From Acidobacteriota bacterium (GTDB lineage: Bacteria; Acidobacteriota; CAIWXX01): 64,000 bases of DNA. Below the pieces are notes generated by a model. That model was not told the origin of the DNA. It saw nothing but the letters and a program-made list of their open reading frames with translations, and ran no database searches. A program made the translations under genes and the position numbers. Shown here one piece after another: positions 39,106-48,936 of this stretch (position 1 is its first letter; every line of letters starts with the position of its first letter). The stretch spans positions 192,001 through 256,000 of the forward strand of contig JBFMAF010000023.1 of NCBI GenBank assembly GCA_040755995.1, in the 5' to 3' direction.

Positions 39106-39591
39106 ATGCTCAGAACGATCCGGCGAAACGTGGGTGGAATGGCTCTCTTCTTCGCGTGGGCAGTACTTTTCGCAACGATGCCGCTGGAGTTGATGGCTCA
39201 GACTGCCGAGCAGGCGACGGGGAGTGTCGTGGGCTTCCTGTATGACACCGACGGCAAGAGTCCGGTCAAGGAAGGGATCCTGAAGTTCAAGAACGTCTTC
39301 ACGAACCAGGAATTCCTCAGCCAGCCCACCGATGACCAGGGCGCCTACAAGGTCGAAGGCCTCCCGATAGGACAGTATACCGCTGTAGCCACCGTCGACA
39401 AGAAGGACTACAAGTTCGAGTACGTCATCGTCGTGGTCAGTCCGAACGAACAGGCCAAGGTCAATTTCATGCTCTACAAGAGACGCGGCTGCCTGTGGCT
39501 GGTCCTGCTGGGCGGGGGCGCCGCGGTGGCAACCACTGCTGCCATTCTCCTCACGGGCGAAGAGGAGCCGCCGGCCAGCCCTGCAAGGTGA
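39106..39591 (+). CDS. Exported protein with carboxypeptidase-regulatory-like beta-sandwich and C-terminal hydrophobic tail
   Basis: AAGGAGG RBS; signal peptide; TDDQGAY...LPIGQY motif; C-terminal TM. Confidence 0.78.
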   Translation: MLRTIRRNVGGMALFFAWAVLFATMPLELMAQTAEQATGSVVGFLYDTDGKSPVKEGILKFKNVFTNQEFLSQPTDDQGAYKVEGLPIGQYTAVATVDKKDYKFEYVIVVVSPNEQAKVNFMLYKRRGCLWLVLLGGGAAVATTAAILLTGEEEPPASPAR

Positions 39592-39716
39592 GATGACAAG
39601 GTCGCGGGGACATGCGCAAGCACCGGGCGGTTGCTACATCCCCGCGATTGATGCCTCCTCGATTCTGTTGATCTGCGCGCAGGAGATAGGGCTGCGCCGC
39701 AGGGGGTGATGGAACA

Positions 39717-40970
39717 ATGCCACGGGTTCCCCCCGGCCGTTCCCGCCCTCTCCGGAATGCGGCATCCCTGCTGCTGGCGGCCTGCCTGGCGGGGCCGAAC
39801 GTCTGCTCCGGCATCGAATCCGAAGATCCTATCGAGAAGATCCGTCGGATGTACGACGATGCGCCTTTTCGCCTGGGGCCGTTCAAGGCGTCGCCTGAGC
39901 TGTTTTTGAACAACGCCGGTGTCGACGACAACGTCTGGGGCGCCTACGAGGATCCGATCCGTGACTTCACCTTCACGGCGGGCGGCGGCGGCACGCTCTT
40001 CCTCCGTGCGGGCCATCGCGTTCTCCTCTCTGTGCACGAGACCCCGAGTTACGTGTACTTCAACGAGACTGAACAGCTCCGGGGGTGGAACAACGCGCTG
40101 ACCGTGCGGCAGCACGTGGCGCTCAACCGGTTTCTCGTGACTTTCACCGAGGCGGCCTCGATCGTCCGCGAGCGATACAGTTCGGAGATGGACGCTCCGC
40201 CGCGGCACAAGGAGAACGCAATCGAAGGCTCGGTGCTGTGGCTGACCGCCCAGCGTACGTCCTTGGAGATCCGCGGCAGGGGCACGCAGATTCGATACAC
40301 CGACGAAGACTTCGAGGGGCAGAACCTCGATACGCTCCTGAGCCGCGACGAGACGCTCGTGGCCGGGAGGCTCTACTACCAGCTCTTCCCGAAGACGAAG
40401 TTGTTCGTGGAGGGCGAGGGCGTTCGGTACGCCTTCAGGGATGACCCGGAGGCCAGGGATTCGCGAAGCCGCGGCCTCTACGCGGGCTTCGAGTTCTCGC
40501 CGGAAGCCACTCTGTCCGGCGCGGTGAGACTGGGTTACGAGTCATTCGAGCCGCTCGATCCGGCGGCGAAGTCTTACGACGGCATTGCAGGCGAGGCCAA
40601 GATCGCATATCGCTTCATGAGCCGTTTCGTTGCCCGGGGGCTCTTCTCGAGGAACCCATACTTCTCGGTCTACTCCGACAACACGTACTTCCTGGAGACG
40701 CGCGCGGGGATCGGGGGCACGGTTTACCTGCTGCGTGGGCTGCGCATCGAGTACGACTACACCCGCGGAGAGAACTCGTACCCTGAGGAACCCTCGCCGG
40801 AGAACAGGGTGGATCGCTATTACATAAACCAGTTCCGCCTTGCGTATCGCCTGCGCCGGCACTGGGACCTCGGCCTGTCAGTCTACCAGTGGTCGCGCGA
40901 CTCGACCGTCACCGACCTGGGAGACAACAGAACTACGTGGGGATTCAATCTTGCCTATGCCGGGAAGTAG
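39717..40970 (+). CDS. EPS-associated outer-membrane beta-barrel protein
   Basis: Signal peptide, GVDDNV motif, alternating beta-strand pattern; directly upstream of wzc. Confidence 0.75.
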   Translation: MPRVPPGRSRPLRNAASLLLAACLAGPNVCSGIESEDPIEKIRRMYDDAPFRLGPFKASPELFLNNAGVDDNVWGAYEDPIRDFTFTAGGGGTLFLRAGHRVLLSVHETPSYVYFNETEQLRGWNNALTVRQHVALNRFLVTFTEAASIVRERYSSEMDAPPRHKENAIEGSVLWLTAQRTSLEIRGRGTQIRYTDEDFEGQNLDTLLSRDETLVAGRLYYQLFPKTKLFVEGEGVRYAFRDDPEARDSRSRGLYAGFEFSPEATLSGAVRLGYESFEPLDPAAKSYDGIAGEAKIAYRFMSRFVARGLFSRNPYFSVYSDNTYFLETRAGIGGTVYLLRGLRIEYDYTRGENSYPEEPSPENRVDRYYINQFRLAYRLRRHWDLGLSVYQWSRDSTVTDLGDNRTTWGFNLAYAGK

Positions 40971-40975
40971 CCGAT

Positions 40976-41025
40976 GGAATTCAGATTTCGGATCTCAAAT
41001 CTCAGGTTTCGGATCTGGGATCTGG
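40976..41025. repeat. Degenerate heptamer tandem repeat (TCAGATT/TCGGATC)
   Basis: TCAGATT TCGGATC TCAAATC TCAGGTT TCGGATC TGGGATC. Confidence 0.7.
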
Positions 41026-41107
41026 TGGTTAGCGAGCAGGCGGTGGTTCTGATTCTCCGTTGCCGCCCGGAGGCGGTGAATTCGAGAATCCAGATTGGGG
41101 TGAGCCG

Positions 41108-43318
41108 ATGAACGAATGGGGTGCCGAAGGAGTCCAGCCGGTCGAGGAGATCAATCTCCGCGACTATTGGGTGATCGTCCGGAAGAGGCGCTGGATCATT
41201 CTCACCAGCGTCATCGTCGTCGCGCTACTCGGCACGCTATACAGCCTGATGCAGCGTCCGGCATATAGAGCCACGGCCACGCTGCTCATCGACAAGGAGC
41301 TCAACATCCTCAGCAGTATGGAAGGATTCTATTACGACGCCTGGTACGTTCAGAGCGAGTACCTCCAGACTCAGTACAAGCTGCTCCAGAGCCGCACGCT
41401 CGCCGAACGCGTCGTCGAGAGGCTGAAGCTGGATCAGAATCCTGAGTTCGGATTCGACCCCGCCGATAAGAAGGCGGATCCTGCGGAGGCGGCCGAGCGG
41501 AGGGGCGGAATCGCCGGTCTGGTGCAGGCAGTGATCCAGGTAGCGCCGGTGAAGGACACCAGGCTTGTGAACGTCAGCTACACGGCGAACGATCCGGCGT
41601 TGGCGGCAACAATCGCCAACAGCCTGGTCAACACGTTCATCGAGATGGATATCGAGCGGAAGTACCAGGCAACCGAACAGGCCAGCGCCTTCCTGACAGA
41701 ACAGGTGTCGGATCTGCGCAAGACGATCGCCAACCTCGAGCGGCAGCTCCAGGACTACTCCGTGAAAAAGAGCATCGTGGCCCTCAGCGACAAGGAGACC
41801 ACGATCGTGGAGAAACTCGGCGATCTGAACCGGGCTCTCACCGAGGCGCAGATCGACCGGGTGCGCAAGGAAGCCGTCTACAAGCAGCTCTCAGGTGCCG
41901 CGCCGGACGCCCTGCAGGATGTCCCCGGCAACGAGGTCTTCAAGAGCACGAAAGAAGACTACGTGCGATTGCAGCGCGAATACCAGAAGAAGGGAGAGAT
42001 CTTCAAGCCGGAGTACCCGGAAATGATCGCGCTGAAGGCGGAGCTGGATAACGCGCGGCGGGCGGTGGAGGCTGAAGCCAGGAACCTCGCCAGCAGCGCG
42101 TACGCCGACTACCAGGCGGCGCTCAAGAAGGAACAGGCGCTCGCCTCGATGTTCGACGATCAGAAGTCCGAGGCCACGCAGCTCAACAGCGCCGCCATCC
42201 AGTACAACAGCATAAAGATCGAGATCGACAACAAGAAGCGCCTCATGGAGGAGCTGCTGACGAAGCAGAGCGAGACCGGGATCTCGGCGCGGCTCCGCGG
42301 CCTGCGCACGTCCAACATCCGTGTGGTCGACCGGGCCGAGGTGCCCAAGGTTCCAATCGGCCCCAGAACCAGGCGGAACGCTCTGCTCTCGATTCTGCTT
42401 GGGCTCTTCGCGGGCCTCGGCCTCGCGTTCCTCATCGAGCACCTGGATAGCTCGGTGAAGAGTACGGAGGAGGTCGAGAGGATAGCGGCCCTGCCGGCTC
42501 TGGGCGTCATCCCTGCGCTCAACCCAGACTCCAACCGCAACGGTTATTACTACTACTATTACAGGCGGCGGACACCCGGGGCCGGCAAGAGCGCGAAGCC
42601 GGCCGTCGACCAGCCGAAATCGATCGACCTCATCCCTTTGACGGCCTCGCGATCGAACATCGCCGAGGCGTATCGGGCCGTCCGTACCGCTGTTCTGATG
42701 GCGTCGGTCGACAATCCGCACCGGGTGTTCATCGTGACCTCCGCGCTGCCGAGCGAGGGCAAGTCCGCGACGGCATCGAACCTGGCCGCTTCGCTGACGC
42801 AAGCGGACAAGAAGGTGCTGCTGCTCGACCTGGACCTCCGCAAGCCGCGCCTCCACCGGATCCTCGGAATGAAGAACGTCAACGGTCTCACCAACTACCT
42901 TTCCGGCGCGGCAGAATACATGAGCATCGTGAGACCCACGAAGGTCCCGGGTCTCTTCCTGGTCTCCTCGGGACCCCTGCCGCCCAACCCGGCAGAGCTG
43001 CTGCATTCGCAGAAGATGGCGGAGCTGATGAGCAGCTTGCGCCAACACTTCGACTACGTGCTGATCGATTCGCCGCCGATGCTGACCGTCACCGACGCCC
43101 TCGTGATCGCCCCCCGGACCGACGGCGTGCTGCTCGTCGTCTGGGGTGGCAAGACGTCCCGCGAGGCGCTCAAACGGGCCCGCGAGAAAATGGACCTCCT
43201 GAAAGTCCATTGCATCGGCGTCGTCCTGAACAACATCGACCTCGAACGCCACGATTACTACTACCGGCATCACTACTACCACTACTACTACGCAGATCAG
43301 GAGCAGGGTAAATCGTAG
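41108..43318 (+). CDS. wzc: Polysaccharide co-polymerase / tyrosine autokinase Wzc
   Basis: Two TMs flanking a coiled coil; TSALPSEGKS; DLDLRKP; IDSPP; C-terminal Tyr cluster. Confidence 0.93.
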   Translation: MNEWGAEGVQPVEEINLRDYWVIVRKRRWIILTSVIVVALLGTLYSLMQRPAYRATATLLIDKELNILSSMEGFYYDAWYVQSEYLQTQYKLLQSRTLAERVVERLKLDQNPEFGFDPADKKADPAEAAERRGGIAGLVQAVIQVAPVKDTRLVNVSYTANDPALAATIANSLVNTFIEMDIERKYQATEQASAFLTEQVSDLRKTIANLERQLQDYSVKKSIVALSDKETTIVEKLGDLNRALTEAQIDRVRKEAVYKQLSGAAPDALQDVPGNEVFKSTKEDYVRLQREYQKKGEIFKPEYPEMIALKAELDNARRAVEAEARNLASSAYADYQAALKKEQALASMFDDQKSEATQLNSAAIQYNSIKIEIDNKKRLMEELLTKQSETGISARLRGLRTSNIRVVDRAEVPKVPIGPRTRRNALLSILLGLFAGLGLAFLIEHLDSSVKSTEEVERIAALPALGVIPALNPDSNRNGYYYYYYRRRTPGAGKSAKPAVDQPKSIDLIPLTASRSNIAEAYRAVRTAVLMASVDNPHRVFIVTSALPSEGKSATASNLAASLTQADKKVLLLDLDLRKPRLHRILGMKNVNGLTNYLSGAAEYMSIVRPTKVPGLFLVSSGPLPPNPAELLHSQKMAELMSSLRQHFDYVLIDSPPMLTVTDALVIAPRTDGVLLVVWGGKTSREALKRAREKMDLLKVHCIGVVLNNIDLERHDYYYRHHYYHYYYADQEQGKS

Positions 43319-43417
43319 GCGTTCGTTTGGCGTTGGCCGCGCTGCTCTCTGCTCCCTACGCGGTGACGCGGTGAAGGGCCGGTGACGGGGTCATGAATTC
43401 CTTATCACTCTGGCTCC

Positions 43418-43468
43418 GCTTCTCGGTTTCCCTCCTCACCGTTTCCCCGTTTCTCCGTTTCCCCGGCT
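43418..43468. repeat. Octamer tandem repeat (CCGTTTCY)
   Basis: CCGTTTCC CCGTTTCT CCGTTTCC run upstream of ftsE. Confidence 0.65.
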
Positions 43469-43544
43469 CGGCTGCAACACGCCGCAGCCTATCCCGTGCA
43501 ACAGTTGGACCGATAGAACGATTCATGCCGTATAATAGGGTGCA

Positions 43545-44225
43545 ATGGTCCAGTTCTTCCACGTCTACAAACAGTATGATCGCGACACGACCGCGCTCAC
43601 GGATATCAATCTGCAGATTCGGCGAGGCGAGTTTGTGTTCGTCACGGGGCCCAGCGGAGCCGGGAAGACGACCCTGTTGCGGCTGGTCTTCCGCGACGAG
43701 CTGCCCAGCAAGGGGCAGATCCTGGTGGCGGGACGCAACATTGGTGTGATGCCCATCGGCAAGCTCTATCGCCTGCGGCGGAACATAGGGGTGGTTTTCC
43801 AGGACTTCAAGCTGCTGAAGCGGCGCACGGTGATCGAGAACATCTGCTTCGCGCTGCAGATCGTGGCCGTGCCGGTGCGCGCGCAGAGGCAGCGTGCCTT
43901 CGCCATCCTCAAGATGGTGGGCCTGCAGCACAAGATGCAGTCTCATCCTCTGCAGCTTTCGGGTGGGGAACAGCAGCGGGTCGCGATTGCCCGCGCTCTG
44001 GTGAACGAGCCTCCGTTGCTGCTCGCCGACGAGCCCACCGGCAACCTGGACCCGGAGCTTTCGCAGGAGATCATGCGGATCTTCGGCGACATCAACGTTC
44101 ACGGCACCACGGTGGTCGTGGCGACGCACAACCGCGAGATCATCCGGGCGATGGGCAAGCGCACGGTGACGCTTGACCGCGGCCGTGTGGTAGACGATAC
44201 CGGGAAGCCGTCCGAGGCGGCATGA
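43545..44225 (+). CDS. ftsE: Cell division ATP-binding protein FtsE
   Basis: [41 protein letters not shown]; followed by ftsX. Confidence 0.95.
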   Translation: MVQFFHVYKQYDRDTTALTDINLQIRRGEFVFVTGPSGAGKTTLLRLVFRDELPSKGQILVAGRNIGVMPIGKLYRLRRNIGVVFQDFKLLKRRTVIENICFALQIVAVPVRAQRQRAFAILKMVGLQHKMQSHPLQLSGGEQQRVAIARALVNEPPLLLADEPTGNLDPELSQEIMRIFGDINVHGTTVVVATHNREIIRAMGKRTVTLDRGRVVDDTGKPSEAA

Positions 44226-45124
44226 TCCTTTTTCAGAACTTCCGATACTTCCTCTCAGAGGCGCTGCACAGCCTCTGGCGGAGCCGCGCGCGCAACCTGC
44301 TGTCGCTCGCCACCATCACCATCTCGCTTGCAGTCACCGGGGTCTTCCTGTATCTCTCTCTGAACGCGCGCGCCGTGGTGCGGGCGTGGGTGCGTGACAT
44401 TCCGATGATCTTCTTCCTGAGGGAGGGCACGAGCGAGGCGGAGGTGCATCGGCTGCGCGAGAAGTTCATGAGCAATCCCATGGTGCAGCGGGTCAGCTAC
44501 GTCTCCCCGGCCGACGCGCTGGCCCGGTTCAGGACCGCCTACGCGCGCTTCGCCGACCTCAGCGCCGAGCTCGGCGAGAACCCGTTTCCGGCTTCGTTCG
44601 AGGTCAAGCTCGGTGCGGGGGCCTCGCGCGCCGCGATGCAGTCGATCGTGGACGAGATGAGGCAGCAGCGCAGCGTGAGCGACGTGCAGTTCGATGAGGC
44701 GTGGGTGAAACGGCTCGACGCCTCGCTGCTGCTCGTGGACGCAGCCGGCATCTTCCTCGGCGGCATCCTGATGCTGGCCTCGATCTTCACCATCTCGAAC
44801 GTCATCCGCCTGAACATATACAGCTACCAGGAGGAGATCGAGATCATGATGCTGGTAGGGGCGACCCTGGGCTTCATCCGCGCCCCGTTCCTGATCGAGG
44901 GAGCCATCCAGGGCCTGTTCGGCGGCGCCCTCTCCCTCGGCGCCTTGGCCGTCCTGCTGCAGGGCTTCTTACGCTACGTGGCGCCGCTGAATCCGCTGAT
45001 ATCCTCGTTCGTCAAGATCCAATTCCTGCCGTTCAACGCCTGCATCGCCGTCATCCTCGGCGGCATGATCATGGGGCTGATTGGGAGCGCCACCTCGGTG
45101 GGGAAGGTGGTTAGAGAGACGTGA
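44222..45124 (+). CDS. ftsX: Cell division permease FtsX
   Basis: ENPFPASF, ISNVIRL, EIEIMMLVGAT..FIRAPFLIEG. Confidence 0.93.
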   Translation: MILFQNFRYFLSEALHSLWRSRARNLLSLATITISLAVTGVFLYLSLNARAVVRAWVRDIPMIFFLREGTSEAEVHRLREKFMSNPMVQRVSYVSPADALARFRTAYARFADLSAELGENPFPASFEVKLGAGASRAAMQSIVDEMRQQRSVSDVQFDEAWVKRLDASLLLVDAAGIFLGGILMLASIFTISNVIRLNIYSYQEEIEIMMLVGATLGFIRAPFLIEGAIQGLFGGALSLGALAVLLQGFLRYVAPLNPLISSFVKIQFLPFNACIAVILGGMIMGLIGSATSVGKVVRET

Positions 45125-45272
45125 GGATCTCAGATTTCAGATTCCAGATTCCAGATTTCGGATTGGCCGCACCGCATTCGGCATCGCTGAATCGGGCTTC
45201 TGCACTCCGCACTCGGCATTCCGCTTCGGCTTGTATCGCTATTCCGCATTCCGCATTCCGCATTCCGCATTC
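45125..45272. repeat. Heptamer tandem repeats (YCAGATT)n and (TTCCGCA)n
   Basis: TCAGATT TCAGATT CCAGATT CCAGATT TCGGATT, then four ATTCCGC units just before ATG 45273. Confidence 0.8.
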
Positions 45273-46439
45273 ATGAGACGCCCCTTCTACCTCCGCTTGC
45301 TGCTTTTCCTACTGAAGTGGCTCTTCGTTCCGATCTGCCTCTTTGTCGCCGCCGTCGTCGGGCTCTATTTCGCCGTACGGAACAATGTTCCGGACATCTC
45401 GCCGCTCAAGAGCTTCACCCCGCTTGCCACGACCCGGCTCTTCGATCGGGGCGGCGCGCTGATCGCCCAGTTCCAGGACCCGCGGATCCGCTTGTGGGTA
45501 ACGCTGGACAAGGTGCCGAAGGAGGTCATTGATGCTGTCACGTGCGCCGAGGACCCCAACTTCTTCACGCACGGGGGTGTCGACGTACCTGCCATCTGGG
45601 AAGCGCTGAAGATCGACATCCAGCACATGGCCTATGTCCGGGGAGCATCGACAATCACGCAGCAGCTCATGAAGAACCTCTTCCTGTCGCGCGAGAAGAC
45701 CCTGACCAGGAAGATCAAGGAAGTCGTACTATCGACAAACGTCGAGAACTTGATTACCAAGCGCGAGATCCTCGAGCAGTACTTGAACCAGGTGGAATGG
45801 GGAGAGAACCTGCATGGGATCGAAGCGGCGAGCCGGTATTATTTTGGCAAACCCGTCGAGTCGCTCCGCATGGACCAGGGGGCGCTCCTGGCCGGCATGC
45901 TACCCAACCCCAAGTACTACAACCCATACACAAACCTGTCGAAGCTTCGGGTCCGCCAACGCATCATCCTGGGGCTCATGTGGAAGTACCACAAGATCAG
46001 CAAGCCACAGTACGAGGAGGCCATTGCGCGCCCGGTTGTGCTGGCCACGACGAAGACGCGGCCATACGTGGCCTCGGAACTCAAGGAGCGCTACCGCACC
46101 AAGCCGGTTGGCTACCGCCTGATCATCGAGGACACGATCGAGGACTACCTCGGCCCCTTCAGGCTCTGGCAGGGCGGCCTGACGCTCCACACCACCCTCG
46201 ACCTCGACACCGTGAAGCAGGCCGAGAGATTCTTGGGCAAACCCGAGAGGCTGATACGGCGCCGCTTCGCATTGCTGCGCAAGGGCGGCGCCGTCGTCGG
46301 AATCGCCACGGCCCCCACCAAGAGCTCTGACCCGAAGTTCGATGTTTGGATCAAGGAGCGGGGGATCGTGGTCGAGATAGTAACGGATCGGATTCCGTGG
46401 GACCAGATTCTGGTGGCTCCCAGAACGGAGGCAAAATGA
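45273..46439 (+). CDS. Peptidoglycan transglycosylase (GT51) lacking a transpeptidase domain
   Basis: N-terminal TM; AEDPNFFTHGG, GASTITQQL, RKIKE, KREILEQYLN; ends soon after TTLD. Confidence 0.85.
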   Translation: MRRPFYLRLLLFLLKWLFVPICLFVAAVVGLYFAVRNNVPDISPLKSFTPLATTRLFDRGGALIAQFQDPRIRLWVTLDKVPKEVIDAVTCAEDPNFFTHGGVDVPAIWEALKIDIQHMAYVRGASTITQQLMKNLFLSREKTLTRKIKEVVLSTNVENLITKREILEQYLNQVEWGENLHGIEAASRYYFGKPVESLRMDQGALLAGMLPNPKYYNPYTNLSKLRVRQRIILGLMWKYHKISKPQYEEAIARPVVLATTKTRPYVASELKERYRTKPVGYRLIIEDTIEDYLGPFRLWQGGLTLHTTLDLDTVKQAERFLGKPERLIRRRFALLRKGGAVVGIATAPTKSSDPKFDVWIKERGIVVEIVTDRIPWDQILVAPRTEAK

Positions 46440-47701
46440 GAGCGGATTTCGTGCTGGAGAACATAGGTGAGCTTGTGACGCCGATCGGTCCGGCGCCGCT
46501 CTGCGGCCCGGCGGCATCCGAGCTTCGCGTCGTCCCCAAGGCCCTTGTCGCCTCCCTCAACGGACGCATAGTCTATGCCGGGACGCGCGCGGGGGCCGAT
46601 ATCGAGCTCATGCCGGGCGCCAGGCGGCTGGACGCCCGAGGGAAGGCGGTGCTGCCGGGGTTCGTAGATTGTCACACACACCTGCCGTTCGCCGGGGACC
46701 GGTCGTACGAGTTCCTTCTCCGCATGCAGGGCAAGACCTACCAGGAGATCGCCGCGGCCGGCGGCGGCATCAACAGCACCGTGAAGGCTACGCGGGAGGC
46801 CTCCGAATGGGACCTCCAGGCCCTGGCGGAATCGCGGGTGGACCGCGCCTTGCTCCACGGCACCACCGCCATGGAGGCGAAGAGCGGCTACGGGCTTGAC
46901 CTTGAGAACGAGCTGAAGCAACTCCGGGTTTGCCGGAAGATCGCCGCAACACACGTAATGACGATCATCCCAACGTGCATGTGCGCGCACGATTTCCCGC
47001 CGGAGTACCGGCTGCAGCGCGAGAAGTACGTCGAAGTGATCTGCGAGGAGATTCTGCCCGAGGTTCGCCGGCAGGGATTGGCCGATTTCTTCGACGTGTT
47101 CGTCGAAGAAGGCGTGTATACGCGCGCCCAGGCTACACTGCTCTGCACGCGAGCGAAGGATCTGGGGTTCCAACTGAAGATACACGCGGACGAGCTGAGC
47201 GACACGGGTGGAGCCGGACTGGCAGCCGAGCTCGGAGCCATCTCGGCCGAGCACCTGCTGTACGCGTCCAAGGCCGGGATCCGAGAGATGGCTGCCGCGC
47301 ACGTCGTGGCGGTGCTGCTGCCGGGAGTCCCGTTCTTCCTGATGATGGACCGGCACGCTCCTGCGCGCGCGATGATCGAGGCCGGGGTCGCCGTGGCTCT
47401 CGCCACCGACCTCAACCCGGGCAGCTCCTACACCGAGTCCATGCCCGCGATCATGCAGCTCGCCTGCTTCAGAATGAAGCTGAAGGTGGAAGAAGCGCTG
47501 GTCGCGGCCACGCTCAACGCGGCGCGGGCCATCCGGCGGGATCAGGACATAGGCAGCATCGAGATCGGCAAACAGATGGACGCCGTCGTGCTCAACAGCG
47601 CCTCATACGTCGACCTGATATACCACTTCGGCGTAGACCCGGTGGCCTCGGTGATCAAGGGAGGCCGCGTTGTGGTTCAGGACGGCTGGATGGTCAGCTG
47701 A
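46436..47701 (+). CDS. hutI: Imidazolonepropionase
   Basis: PGFVDCHTH, GGGINSTV, EAKSGYGL, IHADEL, SAEHL, ATDLNPGS. Confidence 0.95.
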   Translation: MRADFVLENIGELVTPIGPAPLCGPAASELRVVPKALVASLNGRIVYAGTRAGADIELMPGARRLDARGKAVLPGFVDCHTHLPFAGDRSYEFLLRMQGKTYQEIAAAGGGINSTVKATREASEWDLQALAESRVDRALLHGTTAMEAKSGYGLDLENELKQLRVCRKIAATHVMTIIPTCMCAHDFPPEYRLQREKYVEVICEEILPEVRRQGLADFFDVFVEEGVYTRAQATLLCTRAKDLGFQLKIHADELSDTGGAGLAAELGAISAEHLLYASKAGIREMAAAHVVAVLLPGVPFFLMMDRHAPARAMIEAGVAVALATDLNPGSSYTESMPAIMQLACFRMKLKVEEALVAATLNAARAIRRDQDIGSIEIGKQMDAVVLNSASYVDLIYHFGVDPVASVIKGGRVVVQDGWMVS

Positions 47702-47802
47702 GAGTTGTCAGTTGGCGCAACACCACCGACCCCGGCGCGCAACTGGCAACTGCTTCCTCACTCGTCGGCCAGCGCCGTTCGTTTACCACCGACTGACAAC
47801 TA

Positions 47803-48396
47803 TCAACTGACAACTGCCAGCTGTTTTCTCAGCGTGTCTGCTTCCGCCTTGAGCTCACTCACGACCTGCTGGTCCTTGATGGACGGAATGTTGATATCGA
47901 CGTTGGCGAGGCCGCCGATGAGACCGGTGCGCGCGAGCTCGCGGGCGACGGTCCAGTCGCTGCGTATCGAATCGAGGACGTCGGAGGAAACGGCGTCGAG
48001 TCGCGCGAGCAGCTCGGAGCAGGTCCTGGCCGTTCTCATTGGCACCCTGGCGGCCTCGATCGAGGCCTGTTGTATCGCGGCCGAGCGCGCCGCCTTTTCG
48101 ATCTCGGTGCCCTTCGGAAGCTTGAAGGCCGCCATCACGGCGTCGTAGGCAGAGCTGTCCTGGTCCATCAGGTCGCCGAGCGTTGCGGCGGCTGCCGGCA
48201 TCGCTGCTGCCACATCGGCCAGCGCGTCATGGTCGGGCTTCTTCTTGAGAGAGATCCTGGCCACCATTTCCAGCAGCGAGGCCGATAGCATGCCGGCGAG
48301 GGCTGCCGCCGTGCCGCCGCCCGGAGTGGGATCGCTGGATGCAAGCTTCAGGGTGAAATCGACGATCCGGCAGTTGACGAATTTCTCTTGTTTCAT
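47803..48396 (-). CDS. Formiminotetrahydrofolate cyclodeaminase / cyclohydrolase family protein
   Basis: LASSDPTPGGGTAAA, DSSAYDAVMAAFKLPK, NVDINI. Confidence 0.88.
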   Translation of the reverse strand: MKQEKFVNCRIVDFTLKLASSDPTPGGGTAAALAGMLSASLLEMVARISLKKKPDHDALADVAAAMPAAAATLGDLMDQDSSAYDAVMAAFKLPKGTEIEKAARSAAIQQASIEAARVPMRTARTCSELLARLDAVSSDVLDSIRSDWTVARELARTGLIGGLANVDINIPSIKDQQVVSELKAEADTLRKQLAVVS

Positions 48397-48504
48397 GATG
48401 CCTCCGATCAGGGTCCTCTATTGCGGGCAGACGAGCGCGGGATGGACGCGGGGAACCAAAGGGGCCCTGCTCACCGCGTCTCCGTGTCCTCGCGTCTCGG
48501 CGTC

Positions 48505-48933
48505 TCAGATCTTCTTGAAAAGGGCGTCAAACGCCTGGCGTGGGTCGGAGGGAGTGCTGGACGAGTCGATCGAGATATCGACGGTGATCTTCGGCTTGAA
48601 GAGCTTGCACATGTTGGCGACCCGTTTCGATTCGATCGGTTCCTCCAGCGGTTGGCTGCACTCGAAGCGTACGGAGGGATCGAAGAAGCGGCAGTTGATG
48701 CACGAGTGTATGTCTGCGCCGCAGCTTGCGCATTTCTCGCCGGGTGTGAGAACGTCCGGGAGCGCCTGGGAGTTGCCGCAGCTCGCGCACCTGAACAGGC
48801 GCCTGGCGGTGCGCGGCTCGGGGACGCGAATCACGGGATCGGTCTTGCTCCTCGGCTGGCGCGGCCGGCGCGCGGCGGGCTTGGGCCTGCCGGAGTCCAT
48901 GTAGCCGCGCTGGCGATATTTCTGGGGGGCCAT
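48505..48933 (-). CDS. Conserved hypothetical Cys-rich (Zn-finger) protein
   Basis: CASCG, CASCG, CINCRFFD plus two further Cys; starts 3 nt after the mglA stop. Confidence 0.75.
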   Translation of the reverse strand: MAPQKYRQRGYMDSGRPKPAARRPRQPRSKTDPVIRVPEPRTARRLFRCASCGNSQALPDVLTPGEKCASCGADIHSCINCRFFDPSVRFECSQPLEEPIESKRVANMCKLFKPKITVDISIDSSSTPSDPRQAFDALFKKI

Positions 48934-48936
48934 GGT

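Noticed and set aside
45081..45272. N-terminal extension of the transglycosylase in the ORF track
   Set aside because: It is translated heptamer repeat (FRIPHSA); ATG 45273 precedes the TM anchor.
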